Shown here in pieces: positions 13,969-28,328 of a stretch of 64,000 nucleotides of DNA. This stretch comes from Octopus bimaculoides (Eukaryota): positions 6,123,390-6,187,389 of the forward strand of contig NC_068991.1 of NCBI RefSeq assembly GCF_001194135.2. The letters are read 5' to 3'. The translations under genes and the position numbers were made by a program. Each line of letters opens with the position of its first letter. The stretch's first letter is position 1. The notes under the pieces are model-generated. The model ran no database searches. It was not told the origin of the DNA and was given only the letters and a program-made list of their open reading frames with translations.

Positions 13969-16952
13969 ATTCTTCAAATATAGGCTGGCATGCTGGACAA
14001 AATGTTGAACAGCACTTTGTCCATCTTTACATTCTGGGTTCAAATCCCACTGGGATCGACTTTGCCTTTCATCCTTCTAGGGTCAATGAAATACGTCCCA
14101 ATTCAGCACCAGGGATTGATGTAATCGATTTGAAATTGCTGGCCTTATGCCAAAATTTGAAATTATCATTATTACTATTATTCATATTCATCTTGGGAGG
14201 TTAGTAGGTCACGGTATCAACAGAATGCCGTACATTATTTTTGCTCTGTTTCAGTTGAATCACCATACATTCTGAATTTAAATCTTATTTGTATTGACTC
14301 AGCGTATCCTTCCTCCGCAGTTGATAAAATAACAATCTTTGCCAAGTTGATTTGATCAGCAGTTCTCTGTGTAGCCATGTATTCCTATATTAGAAATCAC
14401 CATTATTGTTCCATTCACTTTGCCAGTGCTCCTAGGAATGTCACCGACTGCCATCTCCATTCCTCTCGATGTATATTGTAATGCCTGCTTCGCAAAATAG
14501 CTCACACTTCCTTACAACAGCCACTGTTAGTACTCTTGTAACGCTATTACTCATTTTACCCCAACATTAGTAAATACCTAACGTGTGTGTATGTGTTATA
14601 TTCGTGGCTGTGTGTTTGCTTCCCAACTACATGCATGGCAGCTTNNNNNNNNNNNNNNNNNNNNNNNNNNNNNNNNNNNNNNNNNNNNNNNNNNNNNNNN
14701 NNNNNNNNNNNNNNNNNNNNNNNNNNNNNNNNNNNNNNNNNNNNNNNNNNNNNNNNNNNNNNNNNNNNNNNNNNNNNNNNNNNNNNNNNNNNNNNNNNNN
14801 NNNNNNNNNNNNNNNNNNNNNNNNNNNNNNNNNNNNNNNNNNNNNNNNNNNNNNNNNNNNNNNNNNNNNNNNNNNNNNNNNNNNNNNNNNNNNNNNNNNN
14901 NNNNNNNNNNNNNNNNNNNNNNNNNNNNNNNNNNNNNNNNNNNNNNNNNNNNNNNNNNNNNNNNNNNNNNNNNNNNNNNNNNNNNNNNNNNNNNNNNNNN
15001 NNNNNNNNNNNNNNNNNNNNNNNNNNNNNNNNNNNNNNNNNNNNNNNNNNNNNNNNNNNNNNNNNNNNNNNNNNNNNNNNNNNNNNNNNNNNNNNNNNNN
15101 NNNNNNNNNNNNNNNNNNNNNNNNNNNNNNNNNNNNNNNNNNNNNNNNNNNNNNNNNNNNNNNNNNNNNNNNNNNNNNNNNNNNNNNNNNNNNNNNNNNN
15201 NNNNNNNNNNNNNNNNNNNNNNNNNNNNNNNNNNNNNNNNNNNNNNNNNNNNNNNNNNNNNNNNNNNNNNNNNNNNNNNNNNNNNNNNNNNNNNNNNNNN
15301 NNNNNNNNNNNNNNNNNNNNNNNNNNNNNNNNNNNNNNNNNNNNNNNNNNNNNNNNNNNNNNNNNNNNNNNNNNNNNNNNNNNNNNNNNNNNNNNNNNNN
15401 NNNNNNNNNNNNNNNNNNNNNNNNNNNNNNNNNNNNNNNNNNNNNNNNNNNNNNNNNNNNNNNNNNNNNNNNNNNNNNNNNNNNNNNNNNNNNNNNNNNN
15501 NNNNNNTATATATATATATATGTGTGTACATAATATGCATTTATTATGTTTCAAAAGATAGATATTTTATAAATGTTATAGAGATAAATATTCATATACA
15601 TAGTTATATTTTTACATGCATGTATACATTACTCTTTTACTGGTTTCAATCATTGGACTGTGGCCATAACTGGTGAACTGTCTGGAATTGTAATATTTAT
15701 GGATGAGGAAGTTTTTTCATGTTACTGCTCTGATATGAATTTCATAGTCCTCTTCAACTTCATCTTATTCAGTATAATATCTTGGTTGTCTTTGAATATA
15801 TTGTCATTTATTTTATGCATATCTCGTTCAGATTTCACATAGTATGTGTTGAATAACCATAGTCCTTTGAAACCCCTATTATTATAACAGTATATAATCC
15901 ATACTTGACAGGGAGGGAGTGGTATTCTTGAAACTGCAATTATACACAATTATACAAACTCATACACACACACACACACACATACTGTTTATGTATATTG
16001 TAATGACACAAGTGCGTAAAATATATTGGTTTATGTTATAGAGGAATTAAACCAGTAATATATAGCTCAACAAAATTACAAATAAATATCTTAAGTCTCA
16101 TCTTTTATGATATAAAATATATGTGTGTGTGTATATACATGTATGTATTTGTGTATATATGTATGTGTGTGTGTGTATATATGTGTGTGTGTGTGTGTGT
16201 TTATGTGTACATGTAAACAAAGGAATAACTCATCATGACAAATAACGTTAGGTCTGTTTTTCTGCCACTTTGACAATATCAGGTAATGTTTATACACCGA
16301 CAATAATTTTACCCTTTTTTTTTTTCATATTTTGTGCTGAACGACCATTCATGATATGAATATTCCTTTGCAAAATGAACCTGTTTATTAAATTAAAAGC
16401 ACATGAAACGTAGCAAATTTCTTGTCTATATATCTCTGATGTGCATTATTAATATCGCTGCTACCGTTTAACTATTAACTAATTACAGATGTAACATTAT
16501 CTGTTCTTACCAGCTGTGACAAAACTGTTCCCAATATTATCTATCAAGGGAGATAAATACATAAGATTAGTTATTTCCCTTTAGGGGCTGGGCAAATAGT
16601 GATGGAGACATACTGCAAATTTTTTTATTGTTTGTACGATTTCAATTGTGTATGAGATCAGTTGGGCGTGGTGAAAAATACTTTATGCCATAAATATTTA
16701 ATGTCATCTCTTAATCTTCCAAAATTGTTTTTCATCCTTATAAGGTTAATAAAATAAGTACCCATAAAGTATGTTTATGCATACTAGGATAAGCATGGCT
16801 ACAGTCCACTGACTGAAATCTATAAGAAAATATATGTAAAAATAAATTCATACTGTGTGTGTGCGTGCACATATTCGTGTATGTGTTTGTGTACTTATGT
16901 GCATATCTGCATACGTCTCAGTTGTATGCATGCATATTGATATGTGTGTGTT

Positions 16953-16986
<34 letters not shown>

Positions 16987-18361
16987 CACATGTTGAATGA
17001 ATGACAAAGGAGTACTCGATGCATGTAGAAGATATGGTTTTTTGTTTTTTTGTTTGTTTTTTTTAAATGAAGCTGGAGTTAATCTTATGACATTAGTTTC
17101 TCATCACTGATCTTTAGGTGATAGTCTGGCCTGAAGATTGCAGTGGCATGAAACTTGAGTCATGAGGCAAAAGTTTTAGCTTCGTTTTCATTAAAAACCT
17201 ACATGTCTCTCTGTTCCTCTCTCTTGCACACACAGGCACTTGATGAACCATATTCTAGTTTTATGTCCTTAAAATTTAACTCTGTGTTTGCAGAATAATT
17301 ATAAATTTAATCACAAATATACACATGTTCTGAGTTCAAATTTCACCAAGATCACCTTTGCCTTTCATCCTTTCGGGGTCGATGAATTAAGTATCAGTTG
17401 CATGCTGGGGTCGATCTAATCAACTGCCCCAAATTTTCAGACCTTGTGCTTAGAGTAGAAAAGAATAAATATATACATATGCTTAACATCTTTTAAGAAT
17501 ATATTTTGTATAATGTTTTGCTATTTTTAGTAATACTTAAAATGTAGTCTTTGATTTGTTCTTTATTTTTATTGTAATTCCTTTACTCCAGATTTTACGT
17601 GATAAACAAGTTGTGAATATGTAAGTGTGTGTGTGTGTGTGTGTGTATATGCTGTGTTGTGTGATTCTGTGTGTGGGCCAACAGCTTAGACAAAAGCACA
17701 AACAGATCAGATTGGAGCCTGGTGCAGCCTACTGACTTACCAGTCCCCAGTCAAACCTTCTAACCTATGCCAGCATGGAAAACGGACGTTAAACGATGAT
17801 GATGATATGTATATGCATTTATATTCTCCCATGTAAATCCACATGGGAGACGGACTCCCCCACTAGAAAACTTCAGTGTTTGTAGGTTTTGGTGGTATCA
17901 TTCCTGTTTTTTTTTTTGTTGTTGCTGTTTTAATGGCTTCAAACCTTTAGAGAGTAGCACATGTGTTGCACAAGCATTTGTCACCATAAAATTTGATGTG
18001 TTCGTTACATTTTGTGCCATTTTCATTTTTTCCCCTGGCACAAAATAGGACTCAAGCTTTTCAGAACCTCAAACAGTTGTAGTTTTGTGGTGGCAGTTGA
18101 GATGTTAGGTGCATCTTTGACCACAATATAATCTCTACTTGCATGTTTCTCTGGCTCCTCATAGGTTGGTTGAAGTGCCGTCAATGTGTAGTGGCGCCTT
18201 GGTCTTGAAGAGGCTGTCGTATGTCTTCATCAGCGTTATCATTGGGGTACAAACAACAAGTTGGCACTGCATCTGTAGATTTTAGCATAATGGGGATCAC
18301 ACTGGATAAGATGTTGCCATCCACATAATTTGTGTGTGTATTGGCATATGTTTGTGTGTGA

Positions 18362-18393
<32 letters not shown>

Positions 18394-18429
18394 ATATATA
18401 AGCATGCCTGTATGTGTATGTATGTGTGA

Positions 18430-18465
<36 letters not shown>

Positions 18466-19597
18466 CCACCCATTCTAGCATGGAAGGCAGACGTTAAACA
18501 ATGATGATTATATATATATATATATATATTTATATGCATACATACATGTACATGTGTGTGTTTGTATACATATATGTGTGCGTGTAGATACACACACATA
18601 TGCTGATATAAAAGTTTCATTTGATGGCTAATTCGGCCATCAAGCGAAAACACATTTTAAAGGAATTTAACTCTACTACTGGTGCTGAGTCCCCCGTCAT
18701 TAAATGTTTGGTTGTTATTCTTAAAATTGCTTCAGAATAATAACCATGTGCACACCCACACACTGGTATGTGTGCGCATAAATTCAAATGCACATGTATA
18801 TGTGAATTTCGTAAGCAGTTTCATTGTTTGTTGTTGTTTTTCTCCTAGAAACAATTTGTGTGTATATAGAGTAATTTACAAGTATATTACTACATATGTA
18901 TATACACATGTACATATACACATACATACACTCACACTTCAAACTTAATTTGTTTTAAGAATAAATACATTTTTATAAATTTAAACACTTGTGCAATCGT
19001 TTATGATGTTTGGCTGTTTATAGTAGTAGTATTACTTACGAAAATGCACAGACTGTTTTGTAGTTATATTTTAATGCCTCTACCCTAAACATATGTGATT
19101 AACTAGTTTTAAAACATGCAACTTGTATTTTAACAGTCCTTTAATACATCTAGTTTTTAAGCTAATTTCAACCAGTTAGTAGTGTTACTATATTTAGAAA
19201 GTATTAGCTGTCGTATAAACATTTCTTCTCCAGATAATATTATCAATTTTTACCAGTTTAGAAGTTTATTTAGCAATAAAATAAATTAAAATCATTATGG
19301 GTTATTTATATTAATTACTAAAAACATTGGTCAAAATGTTAATATATTTCTTCACAAAAGTGTGTCACCATATTATGTTGTAATTTGATAGATCTTCTAA
19401 AATATTTTCTTCATTATTTTCATAATTAATTAATTTATAATTTCTTTAAGTTTGCTATCCTTTCTACATGTACATGTTCCGTTGTAACTGTTTTGATAAA
19501 CTTAGGCTATTTTAATTAGTTAATTCTTTACAGGTTTATGATTAAAATAAAAGAATTTCAACTCATGTTTGTGTTTCTTTTTCTGAATTGTTCACAG

Positions 19598-19738
19598 CCC
19601 GGAAAGTTTATTATTGAAGTTAAGGACCTGTCAAACTATGAAAGTTACCCCATTTGGAAAATTGAAAATGGAAAGATGTTACACAAATACGAATTAATCA
19701 TAGAAGATGGGAAAATTCGACACCGAGCTGTTCCTACA
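19598..19738 (+). CDS. QSER1: DUF4211 gene, first visible coding exon (PGKFIIEVKDLSNYESYPIWKIENGKMLHKYELIIEDGKIRHRAVPT)
   Basis: ttcacag acceptor, gtgagt donor, 141 nt, phase 0/0. Confidence 0.88.
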
Positions 19739-22132
19739 GTGAGTGTTTCTTCTTTCTACAATAAAATGTCTTCTATATTTATTATGAATTATAAATTTTT
19801 TTTTCTCTATCGGTAATCATGTTAGTGATGTTTCATTTACAGTTTTCAATGTGTTTTTTTGTTTCGTATGTGTATTTGGTGTGCAGGATTCTTGATGTGA
19901 ATACGTGTGTTGAAAGAAATACTATTACCGGCATAATGCCTCTCCCAAGGTTTTATAGTATTGTGTTTTTTATTTTGTTGTATTGTGGTAGGATCATTAA
20001 AGTGATCATGTCAAAAATGTTACAGGACTTTCCTTCCAACCTTAACAGTAAATGGAAAGTCACAAAAACTTGCTGATTTATTTTCAGTGACAAATCAAAT
20101 GCACTTATATACGGAAATCATTGTCTAGTTTGTTTTTAATGCCTACTTTTCCACATTTGCATGGCTCTGATGAATTTATTGAGACAGGTTTACTATGACC
20201 AGATGCTCTTCCTGTCATTAACCTTCACCTGTTTCCAAGTCATTTGATATATCTCCTGGTCTGTCATACACTAACAACCCAAGGGCCAAGCATATTTTCA
20301 TGAAAGATTGCAAACAAATGGCATCTCTGGCATGATGGTAACATTTTTTTACAACTAGCCTACAGTGTCAAGACAAGGAGATACAAACACACCCAAGCAT
20401 GTGCAAACACTCACTCATGCACATGTGCATATGCATGATGGGCTCCTTTTCAGTTTCTGTTGTCCAAATTCTTTCATAAGGCTTTGGACAACCTGGGGAC
20501 ATAGTAGAAGGTATTTGCGCAAGGTACCAAACAGTTCCCATCAAACCTAGTTACAGTTGCATTGTAAACCTGCTCACAAGATAATTTGTAATGATGAATG
20601 AATCTGTTTCAGTCTTTCCTAATCTTTCATTTCAGTACTCCAGTTGGATGCCAACCCTTCGTCAACAGTTCAAACCAATTAGAGCAAAGTTAATATCTCA
20701 AGGTTTCAACAAAGAAATAGTTGAAGTTGAAGAACCATTCCGGCCCAAACCTCCTAACGATGGCAGGTAGGGTTAACTGTATTTAATTCTAAATTTTTTT
20801 TCTGGAATAAACGAATTCCAAATTCGGATTCAGCCTGAAAAGTTACATCAATAAGCTACATCGTAAGGCGATTTCTATTCCCAGTAGCACATTGTGTCCT
20901 TCAGCAAGACACTTTACTTCACATTGCTCCAGTCCACTCAGCTGGTAAAAATGAGTGGTACCTGTAATTCGAAAGGGCCATCCATGTCACATTCAGTGTC
21001 GCGCTGAATCTCCCTGAGAACTACGTGAAAGGTATGCGTGTCTCAGCCACTTGCACGTTAATTTCACAAGCAGGCTGTCCTGTTGATTGAATCAACTGGA
21101 ACCCTTGTCATAAGTGATGGGGTGTCAGTCAGCCAAATTTGAAGATTTTTACTTAATTTTATAATTATCAAATCTGACAGCAGCCAAATATTCTCCACCA
21201 ACAGAGACCTTTAAATCATCCATCAGTGGAACATGAAAACATAGTTTCTTTCAGTGTCAACACACAGACACTAACTACACATCTCAAGAAACATGCTTTG
21301 AATTTAATCCATTACTCATAGCAAAAACTTGGTTTGTGCTTAACTGTCACTCGTAAGTCATTGTGACCTGGTAGCATGTAGTACACTGTCACTAATTGTT
21401 GTAGTTGGTTATGTAGTTGCAAGCAGGTACTGATATCTTCTTGGGTCTCCTGCTTATTGATCCAGCAAAGCATGAAGGATGTGACAGCCAGAGGAAGAGT
21501 CAGCTGGTATTCATTTTAAGCTGTGAAGAGTGGATCAACATGAAATGTAGTGCCTTGCTCGTCAAGGACACAACACCCTTTCAGCTCCAGGAATTGAACC
21601 CAAGATTTTGTGATCATGAGACCAACACCCTTACCATGAACATACATGCTTTCATAAATAGCACAAAGCTAAAAAAATATATCATAAACCAAGGAATTAT
21701 CATAAAGATTGGATTTCTCTTGACAGGGATGATGATATTCAAGTCAGTATTTGTTAAAATTTAAAACTGGCCAAATTTCTTCAGCTTTCAAACTACTTAG
21801 ATTTATTTAATTTATTACTCCTTTTCCAGAAGATTCTGTGCTTTTCATAGCTCATTTAATTACTTTCAGAATTATTTAGAATTATAATTTAACCACTATT
21901 CATTATGATTTTTATCTTCATTTATTAATATTTCCCATGTTTGTCAACACCAGACATTTTCTGTGGTGAAAATGATTCTCTTTATAAGTATTTCCTCTAA
22001 AATTCCCTTTCAGTCTGGAGAGACAATATGAAGATGACCCTTTAGTAGAGTCTTTCAACATATACATGCGAATATTCTTGAGCCAGGCTTTGGAATCTAA
22101 CTTCTTAAGCATCATCATTGCTACTAATGGTA

Positions 22133-22192
<60 letters not shown>

Positions 22193-25100
22193 NNNNNNNN
22201 NNCTCTTTCTCTCTCTCCCTCTCTCTCTCTTTCTCTCTCTCTCTCATAATAATAAAAGGGCTATATCAATAGTCTTGTAAGATTTACTTTATGTCATACT
22301 TAATCTTCTCACCTCTTTTATCTGTATTTACACTAACCTTGCTGTTTTGTTTTTCTCTCTTTTAAGATCAATTTTTTCTGAAAGCCTTGCAGACAATTGA
22401 TAGCCTAATTGATATGAAAGTTAATGAAATTGATTCAAAGGTCCAGTGGAATGACAAATTTAAAGTGGGTTTATATTTCTTTAACACTACTCCTTATAAT
22501 TTGTAAATTATATTTCTTAACACTACTTCCTTATAATTTTGTAAATTTGTGTAATATTCCAGTTTAAAGTTTAATGTTGTAAATGTACTTTATTTTAAAT
22601 TCTATTGAAAATGACATTACTGAAAACAATGTTAGTCTTGGAGAGATATGGACATATTTACTAAAAGTTTATTGTTGAAAGCTTTATGTATGTCACCTGT
22701 TTTCCATGTTAGAGTTATGCAATCATAATTATGTAGAGGTGGCATTTAGCATTAACTAAAATTAACATTAGCTAAATAAAAGAAAATCGTATGTAATAAC
22801 CAGTAAGAATTTTGTTGACATTTCCATATTACCCTAATTTAATAGTCTGTCATTCATTGTACATACAACCAAATTTGGTATTTGTCTGGAGTGTGATGTG
22901 CCTGAAGTATTGGGATGGAATTCTTGAATAAACTTAATTTAAAAACAATTTTCCACATAAATTGCTTTGATTGTGTAAAGTCATATTTAACACATTTGAG
23001 TGTATTCTGACATGATTAGACATTTCACTGTGGAAATAGCCTCAGGAGAAAATTGTTATGTCTTCCAGCTGCATGTATGAAGTGCTCTATATTATAATTT
23101 AACTATAGAAAAATTATCCTTGCTGCACAGGGTTTGTTGATTGAGAGACATTCGTTTCCCTAAATAGAAGCTGCAAATTTTATATTATTTTATGCTTACT
23201 TTTGTTAGTGTTTAAGTTAAATACCTTTGCCAGCTAATAAAAGAGTCATTCAACTGCACAATACCCCACTGCAACAGCCTTGAGTTGAAATTCTTTGGCG
23301 TACCCCTATTTACATAGAGAATTACATGCTTGTTAGGGAGAATATGTAATAGTAATTATTGCATATGAACAGTTGACCCCTGTTGGCTGAAATGAGCTGA
23401 CAGCTTGAAGACTTGGCTGGTAGCTGTTCTCTGTTACCTATTCCTTCTGTAAAGTTGATATAGTTATTATTTAACAGTTTCCTGGTGCCAGCTAACCCAG
23501 TTTGAATCAATTCAAATATATACATGCTTATAATATGCAGGATGCAAGAGTTAGTTGAGGACATATTTAGTAATTTAATAAAACAATTCTAAACTTGGAA
23601 GATCCACCTGTATTTTACTAAAAATTTGCACACATGTTCTTCATATGCTTTCTTATAAGATTATTAATTAACTTCAATGGCTGTTTCAATTCAGGATTGG
23701 AATCACTGACATGCCTGTGCTAAATGGTCCTTTTATATTTTGGGCACCACCCAGACAATAACGGCCTTGAGTAAAGCTAAGGTGTTGTAAAGGATGTTGA
23801 TTACTCTTCCAACGATGCTCCAAATAGAGTTGTCCACGTCATTTAAATCTGGCAAGTTTGGAGGCCACAAGTTCGATATTACATGGATTATATAGATTGT
23901 CTGACATCTAATCAATGGATTATGTGAGCTTTGTGAGAATGTACTGAGCCTTGTTGAACCACGTATGGCCTTCTACTGCATATTTCATCCATTCAGAGTT
24001 TAACAACTGTCTCCAACACCTCAGTGTATTCAGCAGCATTAGTTTTAAGAACGTGTGGAAAGATACGAGGTGTTGAAAACTTAGTGGGCATCACTCTGGG
24101 GACATTAGAAGGATCTACANNNNNNNNNNNNNNNNNNNNNNNNNNNNNNNNNNNNNNNNNNNNNNNNNNNNNNNNNNNNNNNNNNNNNNNNNNNNNNNNN
24201 NNNNGGATCAGGCTGAATCATTACTGTGCTGTGTGAAATACTTTGTGGTATCTCACCCATCTTTAGGTTCTGAGTTCAAATTCTGCTGGGGTCGACTTTG
24301 CTTATTATTATTGTTATTATTATGAAGGCAGCGAGCTGGCAGAATCGTTAGCATGCTGGGTTAAATGCTTAGCAGCATTTCATCCATCTTTACATTCTGA
24401 GTTCAAATGCGACCGAGGTCGATTTTGCTTTTCATCCTTTCAGGGGGTCGATAAAATAAGTACCAGTTGGGTACTGGGGTCGATGTAATCAATTAGTCCC
24501 CTACCCCAAAATTTCAGGCCTTGTACCTATAGTAGAAAGAATTATCATTATTATTATTATTTTATTTAATCCTGTTTTTTGTTAATTCTTCTCAAGGATT
24601 GTCTGAAACTGAAACCTGTCATGCGGGAGCTTGACCGACCAAATCTAAAGCAATCCTGTCAGGTAATATTTTCATGTTTTGATTCTTCTATCACAAATTG
24701 TCTTCTTGCTTTCTCTCTCTACCTCTCTGTGTATTATATGAGGAGGCACTGGAAAGTTCCTGGCTTTGAGCAAAAAAAAAAAAAGGAGTATCAATTAATT
24801 CTAAGTTTTAATCATGCTACTTTGAAGATGAATGGTCTCCAATAAGTTCATTTGTTCTTGATATGATTTATTATAACAGTCTCTAATGTTGCTTCTATAG
24901 CTTCATGTACTAGTATAAACAAAAACCAATCTAATTGAGATATCTGAAACAACCATAGAACCATTTGTATCTATAAATGTGTGTGTGTAAACTTAGAACA
25001 AAATTCCTTTTAATTCAGTGATATTAATTCTAGAAGCAAAGCAAATGAAATGATTCTATTTTTGTTTTTTTGTTTAGGCATGTGAAAATGCTAGTCAACC

Positions 25101-26661
25101 TGCCATAAAGTCCATCCATTTATATGGTCAACCGTATGACCTATCCAATCTTGGAGAGAATTCAGTGGACCCAGAAGAAAATGCAAATGTTGCACAGGTA
25201 CACAAATGTTCTTACAAATATTTTTTTTCTTCTCTGTATTGTTTAAATAACTGAGGATGTCAATACTGATGATGATGATGATGTATAGCTAGTGATGATT
25301 GGATAAAGAAATCTCTATTTCTGTCCACAAGCAGCCTGGGGTCAACTGAGCAAATTGGCTGCAATAGGGGAGCTCTGAAGTTTATCTCTTCCATTCAGAG
25401 TATGTGGCACCTGTGCACCAAGTTTTTTGGACCTTACCCATTAAGTGAAAGTAGTGGGTGACAGTATCATGAGAGCATCCCATCTGATGGGCCAATTCCC
25501 TAGTGGCTCAGCATGGATCCTTGTTGATGAGCCAGTCTAATTGATTCTCATCGAACTGAACAAATCAGCCAGAGTGCAGAGAGTCTATGCTGTTGAATTT
25601 CCTCTCCTTGAGGCATGTTAAGTATTTCTGTGCAGTTCTTTCAATAAAAGTGCCTTCTCTGTAGCACAAATGTCTCAAGTGGCTTTTGGCACCTTTGGAA
25701 CCTTGATTGAAAATGAAGTGAAGCAAATGTTGAAAATGCTCTTTTTTTTTTGTCTTTTGTACCTGACACTTTAGAATTGTATGTGTGAAAAGAAGTAAAA
25801 ATTTATTCAAATTTTAAAAAATGATAGCTAAAAGTTGTAAAGGAAGCACAAAGCTACAAAAAACCCATAAAACATGACAATAGAAACATTTTATGTATTA
25901 ATTCAAATAACATTGGAAAGAAACAACATAAAAACATTATCAGACATCCCAGTATGATGTAGACTCTGTGAATTATTGCCATAATTATACTTCTTAAGGT
26001 TCTCTATGCTTTTAATGGAACAGAAGATAGTTTAATTACCTTTTTATTAACACCAACAATTATAAGGCAATTCTGGATATAAGTAATTGTAAAAGCTACT
26101 ACAATTAATTACACCTGGTTAATTTTTACATGCATTTTTTGTTCTGGCATTTACCAAACTTTTATGTTCATTTATATTTATGAATTATTAATAATGGTAA
26201 AAGATCTTCAGCTGAACTGATCATTGTCTATTTTTCTAGTTGTATTTAATGGTTGATCATGAAGAATGTCTTTTATCTGGGACTATTATTAGTTGTGAGA
26301 ATTTGATCAGCTTATCATAAATGCAAACACGGTTCCCACCACACTATTAAATAACCTCCCTTCTTTTAAGTGAAGACAATGAATTTATTGCTCTCAGCTC
26401 AATAGCTTAAATACTCAGCATATATCAGGGGCTAATACCACTATGAATTTATGGCTTTGTGCTCACATAAATCATTCATGAGGGCTTGTAAAAGGTGAAA
26501 TGCCTCTACAGAGGTGGTTTACCATGTTCCTTTGCTGTAGCTGGCTCAGCATCTATTTGTTGCAGTAACACTTATCTTTCCTCTGTGGTTCCTAGAAGCA
26601 GAGCTTGTATGGAACAGCAGTTACATCCTGACAAATTACTAGACAGGATGATGAATCCTGT

Positions 26662-26701
<40 letters not shown>

Positions 26702-28290
26702 CATCATCATCATCGTTTAACGTCCGCTTTCCATGCTAGCATGGGTTGGACGATTTGACTGAGGACTGGTGAAACCGGATGGCAACACCAGGCTCCAGTC
26801 TAATTTGGCAGAGTTTCTACAGCTAGATGCCCTTCCTAACGCCAACCACTCAGAGAGTGTAGTGGGTGCTTTTACGTGTCACCCGCACGAAAACAGCCAC
26901 GCTCGAAANNNNNNNNNNNNNNNNNNNNNNNNNNNNNNNNNNNNNNNNNNNNNNNNNNNNNNNNNNNNNNNNNNNNNNNNNNNNNNNNNNNNNNNNNNNN
27001 NNNNNNNNNNNNNNNNNNNNNNNNNNNNNNNNNNNNNNNNNNNNNNNNNNNNNNNNNNNNNNNNNNNNNNNNNNNNNNNNNNNNNNNNNNNNNNNNNNNN
27101 NNNNNNNNNNNNNNNNNNNNNNNNNNNNNNNNNNNTCTTCCACGGGTTCCCTCAACTGTTAGGGTGTGGCACTTTTTCACGCAGCTATCCTCATCCATTC
27201 TCACCACATGTCCATACCAGCGCAATCGTCTCTCTTGCACACCACAACTGATGCTTCTAATGTTCAGCTTTTCTCTCAAGATACTTACACTCTGACGGGT
27301 ATTCACATTGACATTACACATCCAACGGAGCATACTGGCTTCATTCCTTGCGAGCTTACGTATGTCCTCAGCAGTTACAGCCCATGTTTCACTGCCATGT
27401 AGCATGGCTGTTCGTACGCATGCGTCATACAGTCTATAGTGAGTTATATTTCCCTGGGCAAGATGATGAAGTGTATAAATATATAGTTAATTATATTTAC
27501 CTGCCTTTGTTTTCCTTGTTGACTTGGATTTTGTTTCAAGATAAACTTATTTTGTTTGTAGGACCAATTTATGTTGGTGTAGTTTGTATTTCAAACTAAG
27601 AAGAAGACTGATGCGAATGACTTTATTTTTCACTTTATGAAAAATTACTTTACTTTCAGAGCATGTATGTAAATATAATGTGTGTATATCTTTTTCTTTC
27701 AGGAATTCATGATAGGCAAAACAGCTGCTATGTATGTTGGCTCCTATCATAGCTTATATCATTTCAAGTACCACATCTATGAAAGGTGCTTAGCAAAGGT
27801 ATAAAGTATTAGAAATTTTTATTTTTTGCAATATAAAGTATTCTCTGCTTTAATTTTTTGGCTTGAAACAATTTTATCCTTTTATAATTCTAGCTTGTTA
27901 GTTTTATACCCCATTGAGTACCTCCTAAACAGAAAACTATGTTCCAGTTGTTGATGTCGGATATTAGTTTATTTTAAACCGACCTACTCGACAGGCAGCC
28001 AACTGAATGATTAGGAACATTTTATAAGTCTACTCTCTAAAACGTTCAGTTAGAGTCAGTCCTTTTATATGGAGCAACAGCCTGGATGCTTACCAGCAAA
28101 CTAGAATCCGAGCTACATGGAATTTACACCCAAATGTTGAGAACAGTCTTAAACATATCTTGGAGAACTCATCCCACCAAAAAACAGCTGTAGATCAGAT
28201 TGGAGCCTGGTGCGGCCTCTTGGCTTGCCAGTCCCCAGTCAAACCGTCAGGCCTATCCCAGCATGGAAAGCAGACATTAAACAGATGAGC

Positions 28291-28328
<38 letters not shown>

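Noticed and set aside
10294-15676. Long ORFs in the ORF track (150-363 aa)
   Set aside because: They are made of N-gap X residues and (TA)n/(CA)n translations. The same applies to similar ORFs near 3.1-3.5, 9.2, 11.9 and 53.4 kb.
17131-17161. Hammerhead-like CUGAAGA..GAAAC-UUGA-GUC string
   Set aside because: Stem I cannot form (C opposite A at the cleavage site) and stem II is only 3 bp with a U-U closing pair.
18168-18248. Candidate in-frame exon between the microexon and 19598 (LVEVPSMCSGALVLKRLSYVFISVIIG)
   Set aside because: Phases fit, but the donor is weak and the hydrophobic sequence is unlike the charged low-complexity region expected before DUF4211.
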